DNA from: Ranitomeya imitator
Taxonomy: Eukaryota
NCBI RefSeq assembly: GCF_032444005.1
Contig: NC_091291.1
Coordinates: 135,098,001 to 135,162,000 of the forward strand
Reading direction: 5' to 3'
DNA: 64,000 nucleotides
Position numbers and translations under genes: made by a program. The first letter of the stretch is position 1. Each line of letters begins with the position of its first letter. Below, in pieces: positions 24,250-36,825 of this stretch. The notes beneath the pieces are model-generated. The model was not told where the DNA came from and ran no database searches. It saw nothing but the letters and a program-made list of their open reading frames with translations.

Positions 24250-25071
24250 TTACCTATTTCCTTGTATCTGATAATCCAGACCAGGCGATAATCCTGCAGC
24301 CACCAGACGTCGGATTAAAGGCGTCATGCTGCTTTTGCAATCATTGCTGTTTCGGGCTTCCGCGACTTCCCGGAATTTCCATTGGCGTCATTACGCTTTT
24401 CATGATGAGCTTTTGATTTTTTTTTTTTTTTTTTCCGCATGAGAACAAGATTAAGTTTTGGGAAATTGAAGTCGTGTTTTCTCGTGTAAAAAAAAAAGTT
24501 AGAATGGAAATTTTAGAAAAAATGTAAAAACCACAGAATTAAAAAGGAAGTCTGAGCGAAGTGTTGGCAGCAATGGTTACACAACGTCGGACATTGGGGA
24601 ACGGGTCTCTGGAGTAAAAAATATCCACTGTGCAAAATTCTGTATCTTCATGTAACATACGCCCAGAAGATAGTGTTTTGTTGTTTGGTTTTTTTGTCAT
24701 ATTTTGGATTTCCATTGATATCTCCCAGGTAACGGGTGGTATAACTTCCATCAAAATGGATGGAGAGACCTGTGCACGTGCTGAGCCACCCGCCTGGATG
24801 TCATGGTGGTCTGATGGTCAGGGGTTGGGGTCCTGGAGAAGGTGGTCTGCTTTCTCTGTGGAACAACCCTATACGTTTTGGATGCCCCAATTTGAATTTA
24901 CTGAAGTCCCGTTGAACTCTATGGTGGTGATTGTCAGTGGCTAGAATTTTATAACTCTTAAAGGGGTTGTCCAGGACTTGCATATTAATGTCCTATCTTT
25001 TGGATAGATCATCAGTAACCGACTCCTGACAACCCTCATGGTCATCTCTTAGAAGTTTCCGTATGTCAAAC

Positions 25072-25130
25072 TGTGAAGTGCTGTGAAATATGTTAGCGCT
25101 ATATAAAAATAAAGATTATTATTATTATTA
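25072..25130 (+). mobile_element. 3' tail of a CR1/L2-type LINE
   Basis: tgtgaagtgctgtgaaatatgttagcgctatataaaaataaa followed by (ATT)n, resembling amphibian LINE 3' ends as recalled. Confidence 0.6.
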
Positions 25131-25957
25131 CATATCGAGAACAACAATGCTTCGCTCCCGTTCACTTTAGTGTGAGCTGCAGCCAATCACTTCGATGTCT
25201 GCGTGATTGTAAGTCAGTGTTTAGGCCAGTGATTGGCTACAACAGTCACATGGATGTTACTCATGATCCCTACAGCAAGGTAAGTGGAAGTCCAGACAGA
25301 GTTGCCGAAAAGCCCAGTGGGAAGGGGCCACGTTGCTGTTTTTTTTAATATTGTTTTTGTAGAATCTGTTTTTCGACCACCATGTCCAAACCAAGCACAG
25401 CCATTCGGGGCACCCTTGTCATAGCCAAAAAGTTCAGTGTCCTTTTTCACCTCCGCTGTCAATGAAGGATAGAGGAGGGGGACATAGATGAAAAACAAGG
25501 AGGTGAAAATGATTGGCCATGCTTGGGTATCCCAAAATGCCTGTGCTTGGTTTTGGACAGTCGTTTTTTGCCGATAAACTCCTTTTATAAAGACAGGTGA
25601 AAACCACCAGAGCTGGAGTATTGCAGCTCTGCTCCATTGTAGTGAATGGTCTGAGTTACAATATTGCAGCTCTAGTGGTTTTCACCCGTCTCCATAAAAG
25701 GTCCATAGAAGGAGTCAACAAAAAATGACTGTGAACAGATTGGGTGCAAAAATAATAAAAAAATTATATATATATATATTTTTTTTTATTTTTTTTTATT
25801 ATCATTTTTATTATTATTTTTTTTCAAGAACTCGGCAACGTGTTCTATTCACTGACTGCTTGTTTGTTTTTTTTTGTGTGTGACCTAATTTAACACCTTT
25901 TACATTTTTTTTCGAACATCTACAAAAGCTCTTTGTCAGCATTTGCATTTTTTTTTA

Positions 25958-25994
<37 letters not shown>

Positions 25995-27299
25995 ACGTGA
26001 AATCTGCCAACCAAAAAAAAAAAGGGAACAAGATGTTTGGATGTGTGTTGTGCAACTTCAACCATGTATTTTCTGGGTCTTTTGGTCGTATTGCAAACTT
26101 AGCTTTTTTTTGAGTTAAAAGTTACATGATCCTTTTTAAAATGTCACATGTTGGTCTTCAACTGCGCCAAAAAAACTGCAAAAAAAAAAAAGAGTAAAAC
26201 GCTTCTGCACATACATTTGAAGAAAAATTAAGTGTCGAAAAGCTTTAAAAGAAAGTGCAAAACGTAATGGATTGGGCAGGAAAAAAAAATCAGCAAAAAA
26301 AGAGAGAAAATGACAAAAGAAAAAAAGTTCAAATTAATTGACGAATCATCCCCATAAGTTGTAGTGTGTCCTCTGTATCGTGCAATGTTGGACCTCATGC
26401 TCTGATCTTGGGGATATGCAACTTCAATGGGGAAGAACTTGCCTTTCATTTGTTTGGACTTTTCAAACTAAATCATAAAAATGTTGCTAATCTTTTAAGT
26501 CCCACAGTCCACGTTCAATTTGAGCAATTTTTTTTAAATATATATACAGTAATCCTTGTGTGTTCTGGCATCATTTATTTAACGATAAAACCGTGTTCCC
26601 GTCATGAATGGCTGAGCCTCTTTTCTTGTATCCTGTTATATATTTTGGCTTTGCAGCAGCTGTCTGACACTAATTGCTGAAGTTAAATTTTTTAGATATC
26701 TCCTAATAAGAAGTCCTTCTCCATTTTCTCCTGTGTTTTTATATTTCTTTCTTTTTACCAAAAGTTTGACTAAGGAAATAATACATGAAGGAAATGTTAG
26801 AGACCTTGATAAAGTTTTATAAAACAAGACGATGAAAAACAAACAAAACTAACAAATTTATAGTATTCCCAAACTGAGGAAGATTTCTTCAAAGGGTATT
26901 CACACCTTTAAACATTAAAGGGGTCATCTGTCTTTTCACCCCCACAAAAAAAAAAAAGAAACTTCAGAGCATTTTTATTTTGTGCCGGGGCTGCAGAGGT
27001 GGCTCATGATAGTAGTTTTAGCTTCAGACCGTTCTTCCTCCTTCCTATGTCTTCTCTCCTTGGACTAGTCCTCCTCCAGGTCTAAACACCATCTTGCCAA
27101 TTCCAAAAGGAACCCCAAGAACTGTGAGCTCTCATGTGGTGCCAATGAACCTTAGGAGGCAGTCATGACCCATAGATGTACCATCAGCAATGTCAGAAGG
27201 TGGCAAAGCTGTAGCAGTCTAGGGACCATCGGGGAACTATGCCGATTCTGGGCTGAAAATTAATAAATTAGAAAAGTTGTGTGCCCTGATATGCAAATT

Positions 27300-27470
27300 G
27301 TCTCTTCAGATAGGACGAGGACTTGAACTCTAGCGCCACTTACTGGAAGTAACAATCTTAAGTCAATATCGACCCTTTAACGATCCTTAGGATAAAAGCC
27401 AAACCATAATCTCAACTTGTAGGCACGTGTTTTGGGATATTACCCCCTCCTCAGTGCAAAGCATGAGCTC
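27300..27470 (-). mobile_element. Penelope-like repeat fragment with a degenerate hammerhead motif
   Basis: Homologous to the arms of the 60855-61600 foldback. Minus strand reads CTGAGGA-GGGGGTAATATCCC-AAAA-CACGTGCC. Confidence 0.5.
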
Positions 27471-28096
27471 TAATTTCACCTCTGACTGGGGTAATGTTTT
27501 TTTTTCTTGTGGAAGGGTAAGGAGACCTAAAGGCCGTGCAATGCTCCCCAGAGGACTAGAAGTCTCCTTACTCTGTTACATCAGGCTTGTTACTCTCTAA
27601 AAAGAGAAACAATGCTACGATACACAGATTGGATGGTGAAAAGTATAAAACCAGACATTTCCTTTAATGACGTATCCACAAGATAAGCCATAACGGTGTT
27701 ACGCATCCCACCGCTTGGTCCTGCAGAATAGTATTACACTAACCCCACCAAGAGTGGTCTTCCCGATTCCCCCCACCCCTTCTACTTTCTTAGCAGGACC
27801 CATAGAAGTGAATAGTAAGCTACACATATGTGGTGGCTAGCGGTCAGGAACCGATGGATAGGCCGTAAACGTCAAAGGTGGGAATACCCCGTTAAGACTA
27901 AGGTTTGGTATTTGCAGGGTCATACGTGCCATATCCACTCACGAGATGCCATCCCGTTGAGTAATATGGTGCAGGTGACTGAAAACCACACACACGGCGA
28001 TGTCATCTGTAAATGTGTCACCAAGTCTTTACGATTCGGCGTCGGCCAGAACGCCATCAACTCCTTTCCCTCTTCGTTTGGCTTCTCCATTCATAT

Positions 28097-28312
28097 CTAT
28101 GACCAGTTTAGATTAAACTTTTCTTTTTCGCTGAAACTTTTACTTTCCTGGAGAACCAACTTCTGTGTCCCACCTTCGTTACTGACTGCTAAATAATAGC
28201 CCGATTTTAGAGCTGATTGGAACTTGAAGCCGCCGTCGTCTTCGCAGAATTCTTTTTGGAAAAAGATGACGTCACTGCGGTTTCCGCCAATATCGTTGGG
28301 TAAGTCTCCTTT
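28097..28312 (-). CDS. IL18: Interleukin-18-like paralogue A, last exon
   Basis: KGDLPNDIGGNRSDVIFFQK..FKFQSALKSGYYLAV..KLVL matches the human IL-18 last exon (PPDNIKDTKSDIIFFQR..FESSSYEGYFLA..KLIL). Phase-0 acceptor ctcttacag. Confidence 0.92.
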   Translation of the reverse strand, partial: KGDLPNDIGGNRSDVIFFQKEFCEDDGGFKFQSALKSGYYLAVSNEGGTQKLVLQESKSFSEKEKFNLNWS

Positions 28313-30278
28313 CTGTAAGAGTGAAAGCGTCCACATATTACTTTAAAGTGCTAGAGAACATGCCCAGTCCTGAGTCTGCCCTTCATTGACCCTTCTGCTT
28401 CTTCAGGCATTGTATCAATCAACACATTAAAACAAATGGACACATTTTTAACAACTGAATTAAATGTATTTTTGTTATTTGGGTATTATTAAATATGTTG
28501 GACCATTTGGCTTCTACAACCTGTGTGTATATGTGTATACGTACATGGACTGCAGGGTAAGTTACCAGTCAGTCAGCAAATAATGCAGTAAATGATAAAA
28601 CTGACCTGCTATTATGATTCTCTAGGTCATTACGAGTTCGTAGATGGCATACATGTATAGATTCTTTTTTATTTAAGGGGTGAAACAAAAAACTCAAAAG
28701 TTTGTCAACCCCCTCCCCCCTCAAAAAAAAAAAGCGCCATTTTGAGACCTGTAGCTTCTCCATTTTTTTGTCATCCGGGGCCGGCTGGGAGCTTATCTTT
28801 TGCACAATGAGCTGAAGTTTGTATTGATACCATTTTGGTGTGGATACGATGTTTTGATCTCCCGTTATTGCATTTTATTACAATATTGCGGTGACCAAAA
28901 AAAGTAATTCCGGCGTTTTGATTTGCGCAGTTTACCGATTGGATTGATCCATTTTTTATCTTGATAGATCAGGTGATTCTAAAAGTGGTGATGCCAAATG
29001 TGTATTTTTTTTAAGTTTTTTTTTTTGTTTGTTTTTATTTTGAATGGGGCAAAAGCTGCGATCTTCTGATCGCTTGTGTTACACATAGCAGGGCTTCAGC
29101 TGCTTTGTGTAGCAGAAATGCTCATCTGCTATGAAGGCCGGCCACAAGACAGCGCTCCTAGCAGTTCAGCAATGACAACCACAGCGCCCCACGATCATGT
29201 GACGTGGGCGCCGATGGGCGAAGCTAATGGCATACATCCGGTCTGCACGAGTTAAATGCCACTGTCAGAGATTGACAAGTCTATCTCGTAGTGGAGGCGA
29301 CCGGCGGGGCAACAAGTCAGCGAGACCACTCGGCGCAAGGATGTTTCTCGTCAGTGAGGTTGATTACACTCTCACTTCTCATGAACCAAGGTATGCACAG
29401 TCCAGATTTCGGTACAGTCAACCGTCTCTTAGCAGTTACAGCCATTTTTCCGAGTGACTCGCTCTGTACAATCACAGGATGTTCAATTTTTTTTGCATTC
29501 TCAAATTATATATGCAATAGGACAGAAAGAGTGAACTCACGTGCTCTTTTGGGGCATCACAGTGTGACGAAGGCTGGCTTGGCTATTAAAATAAGCAGTC
29601 ACTCCAGCTCTATTTTCTGCATGGTGCCACCTCCTCCTGCTTTAGTGACGTCTCCTTGGCCTGAAGTCATACAACATAGAGGCTGTCAGTCAAGCAGGAG
29701 GCAGCGGAGGGCGGTGAATACAGCTGAAGTGACAGGCTTCAGATCTACCATAGCACTTCAGCCTCATTTGCATACCAGGTCAAATGATGATTTTCTCAGT
29801 AATGGTGGAAAGGACTGACCATGTAAAGGTATTTCTGGACTTGTCTTTGAAAAAAGCTACATGGGCAAATAAATCGTTTGGGGACTGAAATCTTGCTGAC
29901 AGATTCCCTTTTACTTAGGTTTTTTTTTAACCAAATCAACTGAATATGTCAAGGTCACTTTATTGCATACTTCTTGGATTGGGGCAGCTCTGTTGGCATA
30001 GTAAAGCGAGTCTGAGTTGAATGATGATATTTAACCCTGACCTTTTTTCCTTAATAATATCTTGCTGGCCCTGATTTTTGATCACTACATGTCCGGCATT
30101 GGAAGCTTTCTCCACGCTGCTAGTACGGGTGGCACTGTGCTTGTACTGATTATTGAAGGGGCACTTTGGTCGCCATTATTGGAGTGTAGCCAGTAAACTG
30201 TGCATCACATCCCAAACCTCCTCAAACGCAAGTAGACGTGATCTGGCCGACCTTCAGTCTCCTCTGACGTTGTCTTAC

Positions 30279-30412
30279 CTTGAAGTAAAGCTGCATGTCT
30301 TCCGTGCAGCACATGTAATATTTCTTATCTTTATGCTTTACTCCGAAGGCAACTGAAAGTCCGTCACTCCTGCAAGTTGAGTTATATATCTGAAGCTCAA
30401 ATCTCTGCCAGT
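30279..30412 (-). CDS. IL18: IL18-A penultimate exon (134 nt)
   Basis: WQRFELQIYNSTCRSDGLSVAFGVK..MQLYFK. Phase 1 to 0 and 134 nt, as recalled for human IL18 exon 5. Canonical splice sites. Confidence 0.9.
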
Positions 30413-30730
30413 CTAAAAACAAAAATATGAAACACACACAACTTTGTCTTATTTTAATTTTAACGGCTAAAGTTGCTGACCGTTGTGAATTTTTGAAAAC
30501 CGTACCTGCAAATTTGGGCATTTCCTGAGCCAAAAAAAATGAATTTATGTACATCCCAAATGTTGGCGTTTTGGGGGTGCTCTGAGGGCAGGACTTAAAT
30601 GTCCTTCCAACACTGATGTTGGTAAGTAACAATATAGTTCCATTTATCAGCTGTATATTTGGGGTTCAAATTCTGTCCTGGTGCTCTACACATACATGTG
30701 CTTTCAGTTGTCGAGATATGAGTAATAGTA

Positions 30731-33555
30731 TTTCTACAATAATCCTCCACGACAGCACCACAGGAGGATATCACCCCACCCTAATAGGGACAAGAAACAC
30801 AAGGAGGTCAAATAGCCCCTTCCTCATCCTCTCTGCAGTGTTTTTCCTGTCCCTATTGGGATGTAGAGGTCAGTAGACACTGTTTAGAAAATACCTGGAA
30901 TAACCAGGCAGCAGAGATCAGTTCGACTGCCTTTGCCTTTCCTATTCAATGCTGCTTTGGTCTCCTCAGACTCGGGACTCCTCATCCAGTCTGCACCCTC
31001 GTGTAAAGACGGGTGAGTGTTAGGCTGGAGGTCTCTCTGAGTGCATGTGTAATGCACGCCCAAGTCTCATCGGAAGTAACGTCAGACGCCGGGCGCTCCC
31101 TCATGACGTCGCTTCCGGTTGCATTCATCATCTCTGGCCGGTTACAGAGGATTTGGCGGAGGATCAAGATGAAGTCCATCAAATCGACGGTCTCCTTGAT
31201 AGGTTAGAACTTCGTCATGGCAACCATTCATTTACAGGACAGTTATTATGTCCTGATCCAACCTACAGGAGATTTACAGTTACCCAAGGAAAACAAGTAC
31301 AAGATGAGGATATCCAGAAGCAGATCTTTTTGTAGGTCACCAGAACTCAAAAGTAGATCAGTACTTCCCCCTGAACCCAACCAATGCCTGCCTAGGCGAG
31401 GACTTATTTACCCACCAGTAGAAATTCAAACTTGCATATGTTTCCACAGATTCAGGTCCTAGCAAGAACCCTACAGAGGATAAGAGCCGAGAATGTCAAG
31501 GTAATCCTAATAAGCATCTCTCTAGCTGAAGAGAAGCTGATTTGGCATCTTGAACAACTTGAGGATTGAAAATCCTCTGATTCTCCCACCAATCAGAAAC
31601 CACCTTAACCAGGGCCCAATCTACCACCCAGCCTGTGTCTGGCTGCTTGGCTTCTGAGTTCACAATTTTAAAAACTAATGGCCTCTCAGATTGTCATTCA
31701 GACCCTCCAAAAGAGTATAAAGCGAGTGAAGCAGTGACTCAGTAAAGTTCAAAGGAAGATGTCTTTAATGTCCAAAACTTCCAAATAAAAAGGCAAAACG
31801 GTATCCTCCAGGACGTCAAGACAGTCCGCATCTGAGACCGGTTGCCGTGGGCAACTGCACCACCGTTTCATGCTGAGTGGCGCCAGACGTTAGCTTCCCT
31901 TGTTTCTGTTTTACCTCACACAAGCTGGATGTTGCAGACCCACCTGATCTGCAGCTTGCAAACCAACACTGGTACATCCAACCAAAGGGTTGGGATCTGT
32001 GGCCATGGACCACTTGTAAGACCCGGCTGTAGAGATTGAACTGCCCCACTACCATCCTGTAGTTCACTCCAAAAATATAAGCCCATGTCGGGTTTCCTTA
32101 AATCTGCCGTGGCCAAATAGCTTGACCAAGTCCGCACTTACTTTTATCCTGCACTGCAATCACAGCTATGTCTCTGACTGCAATGCACTCCACCGGCCTC
32201 AGTACGCTTCTATGCGCATCCTGGGGGGCTACATACTGACCCTCGCACACAACACCCCTCACTGTCACACACTAGTGACAAATGTCATATATAAAATATG
32301 GAAGACCTTTGAGACTTGGCGTGCAGCTAATCCTCCAGACCCTAGACTTCCTGCAAGAAGATCTGGAAAAGGGCCTCAAACCAAGCACCGTCAAGGTTCA
32401 GGTTGCAGCCCTAAGCTCCTATTTTGACCAGAGCATAGCAGATCACTGCTGGGTAAAAAGGTTCATGATTTCAGCTTCCTGTTTTACGTCCCAGATTGAC
32501 CAAGCTAATCCCATCCTGGGACCTAAATATTGTCCTTGAGGGTCTGACACTACCGCCATTTGAACACTTAACCTCGATAGAACTGGACAAACTATCCTGG
32601 AAAACCCTTCCTGGCAGCGATCACTACAACAGGCAGGAGAGTGGGTGAACTTCAGGCCCTTTTTAATCTATGACCCATATTTGAGAATCCTGAATGACAG
32701 ACTTGTTCTCTGACTTGACCCATCCTTCTTGCCCAAGGTGGTCTCAGAGTTCCAGAGGTCACAGGAAATTTTTCACTCCTTCTGCCAAAATACAGCAAAT
32801 GATAGAGGAAGAGTTCCATTCCTTAGATGTAAGAATAGTGACCCTTCGTTACCTCCAACAAATGTAACCTTGGAGGAGAGATCAGAATCTTTTTATCCAA
32901 CTCTGCGGCCAAAATAAAGAAAAGAACACCTCAAAAAGCACTTTTACAAACTGGATTAAGAAAGCAATTTGTGAGACATATCAACACCAAAACCTCTTGC
33001 CCCCAGAAAAACGTGCAGGTCGCTCCACTAGGACCGTGTCTCTTCTGGGCTTAGAAGACCAGCGCTTCCATTGAGCAGTTCTGCAGAGCTGCTATCTGGC
33101 CCTTGGTTTATACCTTCTCCAAACAATATAGGCTAGACTTAATGTGTTTGAAAGACTTATCCTGGAGAACGTTTGTCCTAAAAGCTATTGCCCCTCCCTA
33201 ACATTTGTCGTTGATATTCCTACTTTCCTCCTGTGGTGCTGTCGTGAAGGGTTATTGGAGAAAATAGAATTAAACTTACCGGTAACTTGGTTTCGAATAA
33301 CCTTCCCATAAAAGGACGGGTAATTCTCTCCCCTTTCTCGTTATTTCTTGTATTACTTTGAATCCGGTGATAATATATTTTGAAGCATTCATACTCTTGT
33401 GATCCTTTAGAAAAACACTGGAAAGAGGATGAGGGAGTGCCTATTTGACCTCCTTGTGTTTCCTGTCCCAATTTGGGTGAGCTGACATCCTCCTGTGATG
33501 CTGTTGTGGAGGATTCTTAGAAACCAAATTACTGTTAAGTCTAATTCTATTTTCT
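30731..33555 (+). mobile_element. Internally deleted DIRS1-type tyrosine-recombinase retrotransposon in an IL18-A intron
   Basis: Inverted terminal repeats (~30731-30845 vs ~33412-33525) plus an internal complementary segment (~33225-33300). RT-like fragment (MATIHLQDSYY) and YR fragments (LEKGLKPSTVKVQVAALS; RRVGELQAL; LDPSFLPKVVSEF) with stops and frameshifts. Confidence 0.88.
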
Positions 33556-34326
33556 GGCCAGTATAAAACCTGTATCGTGCATTATTTTACCTGTTCAGGC
33601 TTTACCTCTTATTTTAAGTTGCCTCTGAGTTACATAGAGACTAGCTGCTATAAGTCTATCATATACAACTCACGCAGCACAGACATTAGAGATTGTTGCT
33701 CTCCTGTCTTTATGCAGCAAATGTTCAGGATCAGCAGCGGTGTGAGTATCCTACAACGGTGCTGAGCAATGTAGCTGTGAATCCAGCTTTGGGTTGAGAT
33801 AAAACACTTAATAACCACCAACAACTATGCAAATATGTAGAACACATTAAAAATCAATAGAATAGAAAAATAAAACTACACATAGATGTTAAAAAATAAA
33901 ATAAAGTTACTTAGGCTAGAACGAAGTAATGGCTCATATAAAGCATATCTCAATAGGTGTGACACGTAAGCATTAATCCAAGCGACAATTGTCCCATAAA
34001 AGCCGCACAACAGAGGGTAACACATACAACACAGGCAGGACAAGTAGAGTTGGCAAGTATTCCTAGAATGCCCAGCGAGACCGGGAGCCATACTAACTGA
34101 ACCAGAGTCTCTGGGCTTTCTAGTAATTCGTCAGTGACTGTTTAAGAAAGATTTTCATCATCTCTTAGGACAAGGATCCTTGAACTCCTGAATAAAAATG
34201 AAATGTAAAGACTCATCCTCTCCTGGTTGCAGGCTTCAAAAAGTTGTCCGGTATGCTTTACGTATGGAACAAGTCTAACTGATCGATAAACATTAAGAAT
34301 GCATTGGACACAATGGCTGCTCTCAC

Positions 34327-34467
34327 TACCTGATCCTGGGTTAGCAAAGACCGCAGTACCACCATCGGGGTCATCCGGGTGAGCTTCCAAGCATTGTTTG
34401 AAAATATTCTCAATAGTTGCTGTTATGCACCTTTTTGACTTCCTCCATGCATCTGTCTGTAAATTGT
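34327..34467 (-). CDS. IL18: IL18-A exon carrying the predicted cleavage site LQTD|AW
   Basis: (D)NLQTDAWRKSKRCITATIENIFKQCL..AVFANPGSG. Acceptor gacattacag, phase 1-1. Donor GTGAGA (an in-frame alternative would end the exon at 34330). Confidence 0.88.
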
Positions 34468-34741
34468 CTGTAATGTCAATAATGCATTGAACATTAGAGA
34501 AAGGTAAAAATATAGACACTTGATACTGAAATTTAAATTGCTCCTGTACTTTCTGATGATCTTATTTCATACAAAAAGTGATAAACAGACAATCTACAAA
34601 AAGTTTTTGAAGTTATTTTGTTTTACTCCTGAAAATTTACCCATAAGTGCCGGCCTATATGTGTTTCCTTTCCTTTTAAATTGCTACCTACTACCTGTAT
34701 TCAAATGTAATTAATCTCTAACAAAGACACTGAGACGGATG

Positions 34742-35725
34742 ACAGGAAGTGGTGGCGGGTCTTGTCTCTCTACAGGAAGTGGGGGGAGGGTCTTTGCCTC
34801 TCTATAGGAAGTGGGGGTGGGTCTTGTCTCTCTACAGGAAGTGGGGGGAGGGTCTTTGCCTCTCTATAAGAAGTGGTGGCGGGTCTTGTCTCTCTACAGG
34901 AAGTGGGGGGAGGGTCTTTGCCTCTCTATAGGAAGTGGGGGTGGGTCTTGTCTCTACAGGAAGTGGGGGGAGGGTCTTTGCCTCTCTATAGGAAGTGGGG
35001 GCGGGTCTTGTCTCTCTACAGGAAGTGGGGGGAGGGTCTTTGCTTCTCTATAGGAAGTAGGGGTGGGTCTTGTCTCTCTACAGGAAGTGGGGGAGGGTCT
35101 TTGCCTCTATAGGAAGTGGGGGGCGGGTCTTGTCTCTCTACAGGAAGTGGGGGGAGGGTCTTTGCCTCTCTACAAGAAGTGGGGGTGGGTCTCTGCCTCT
35201 ACAGGAAGTGGTTGGTCTTTGCCTCTCTACAGGAAGTGGGGGAGGATCTTTGCTTCTCTACAGGAAGTGGTTGGTCTTTGCCTCTCTACAGGAAGTGGGG
35301 GAGGATCTTTGTTGCTCTTCAATAAACGGTTCATCTTTCTCTCTCCACTTGAAGTTGTGGGGTTTTTGTCTCTACAGGAATTGGGGGGTCTTTGCCTCTC
35401 TACAATAAGTGGTTGGTCTTTGTGTCTCTACAGGAAGTGGGGGGTCTTTGCTTCTCTATAGGAAGTGGGAGGTCTTTGTCTCTACAGGAAGTGGGGGAGG
35501 CTCTTTGTTGCTCTACAATAAGTTGTGGGTCTTTGTGTCTCTACGGGAAGTGGGGGGGTCTTTGCTTCTCTACAGGAAGTGGTTGGTCTTTGCCTCTCTA
35601 CAGGGTGTGGGCTCAGGTCTTTGTCTTTCCATGAAGTGGGCTGGGTATTTGTCTCTATAGGAAGTGGGGCATCTTTGTATCTACAGCAAGTGGTGTGTTG
35701 TTTTTTTTCTCAACAGGAAGTGGGG
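34742..35725. repeat. G-rich 30-32-bp minisatellite (partly ~62-bp dimer) in an IL18-A intron
   Basis: Units cta(c/t)aggaagtgggg..gggtctt(tgcc/g)tct repeated about 30 times. Confidence 0.92.
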
Positions 35726-36437
35726 GCAGGTTTTTAGCTCTGTACAGGAAATGGGGCAGGAGATGGAACTCTACCAAAGTGTCATTGCATCACTTTGTAA
35801 TCTACACATTTTATTCAGATTTTTTTTATACAATAGTATAAACAACCATTTTTATATTTAGAGGTGATGTCTGATTAATGTGACTTTATTTGAATTGACG
35901 CCAGGTCGGCAATGAATTGATGTGCTACTTCTTAATCACCCAGCAATTAATTTGTCACCAGGGGAAGCTACGACATACTTGCCAATTTTTAGGGAGGCAT
36001 CATTGGAAGGAAGCAACCGTGGCATGCTAACTGGCTGTCAGATCTTTTTCCCTATAGCTGCAACTCCTTTTTTTTTTTTTTCCAACCCATACCTTCCCCA
36101 TGCATCTTCCACACCCCTATATATTTATTCTGATGTCCTGAAAGCAACGTTTGTAAAGTGCTCCCAGAATATTTCCTTATTCTTTCGGTAGCCCTCCCCT
36201 TTTTCTTCCAGGAAGGTCAAGAGTTGGAAATCTATTTCCTCTCCTTACTTGCATCTTAATAAATGAATAATTGCTTTGGTCTAGCAGAGCTAGAGCTGTC
36301 TATGTTGGCTTTTAAAGGTAGGTCCTAAATCAGATCCCTTTTTAATAAAAGTGATGGTGATTTCATCTTGGAGATGGATGTGTAGACTGGTTCGGGATTT
36401 CTGGTAGTTATGAAGAGTGTGAGGAAAAACACCTCAC

Positions 36438-36449
36438 CATCTTCTATGA
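36438..36449 (-). CDS. IL18: IL18-A 12-nt microexon
   Basis: cag|TCATAGAAGATG|gtgagg. Phase 1-1, yields V-I-E-D-D before NLQTD, equivalent to the 12-nt AEDD exon of human IL18. Weak polypyrimidine tract. Confidence 0.62.
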
Positions 36450-36489
36450 CTGGTATGTTCTGGAGCACAGATAAACGTCTTTCGACACA

Positions 36490-36825
36490 AAGCAGATTTG
36501 AAGGAGAATCCAGCTTCACAGAGTTAAAACTTCATTATTAGTGAATCTTATCAGCAAAGTGGTGAAGTTAAAATAATATGTCCATATTCCATGTCTGTGT
36601 CAGCCCGACTATCCATGTTTTTCTGGTGTTTCCACCCTTAGTCATGAAGACACAAATTCATTAATGGTGGAAACGTCAAACGTGTCGTCAAACTAGTTTC
36701 TGACCACCCAGACATGGACTATGCACATGTTGTTATCTTAACATGGTTTTTAATCTCGCCACTTTGCTGATAAGGTTCACTAATAAAGAAGATTTAACTC
36801 CATGAAGTTGGATCCTCTTTCAAAG
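36490..36825. repeat. Degenerate foldback, probably Penelope-like
   Basis: ccactttgctgataag(a/g)ttcactaat.. occurs inverted at ~36500-36570 and ~36755-36820, with further inverted arms around 36640. Confidence 0.6.

Noticed and set aside
24728-24944. Strong plus-strand acceptor followed by an open frame
   Set aside because: No recognisable product and no partner exons.
26228-26842. Short ORFs and a minus-strand acceptor that might mark a third IL18 copy
   Set aside because: No IL-1-family motifs in any frame checked.
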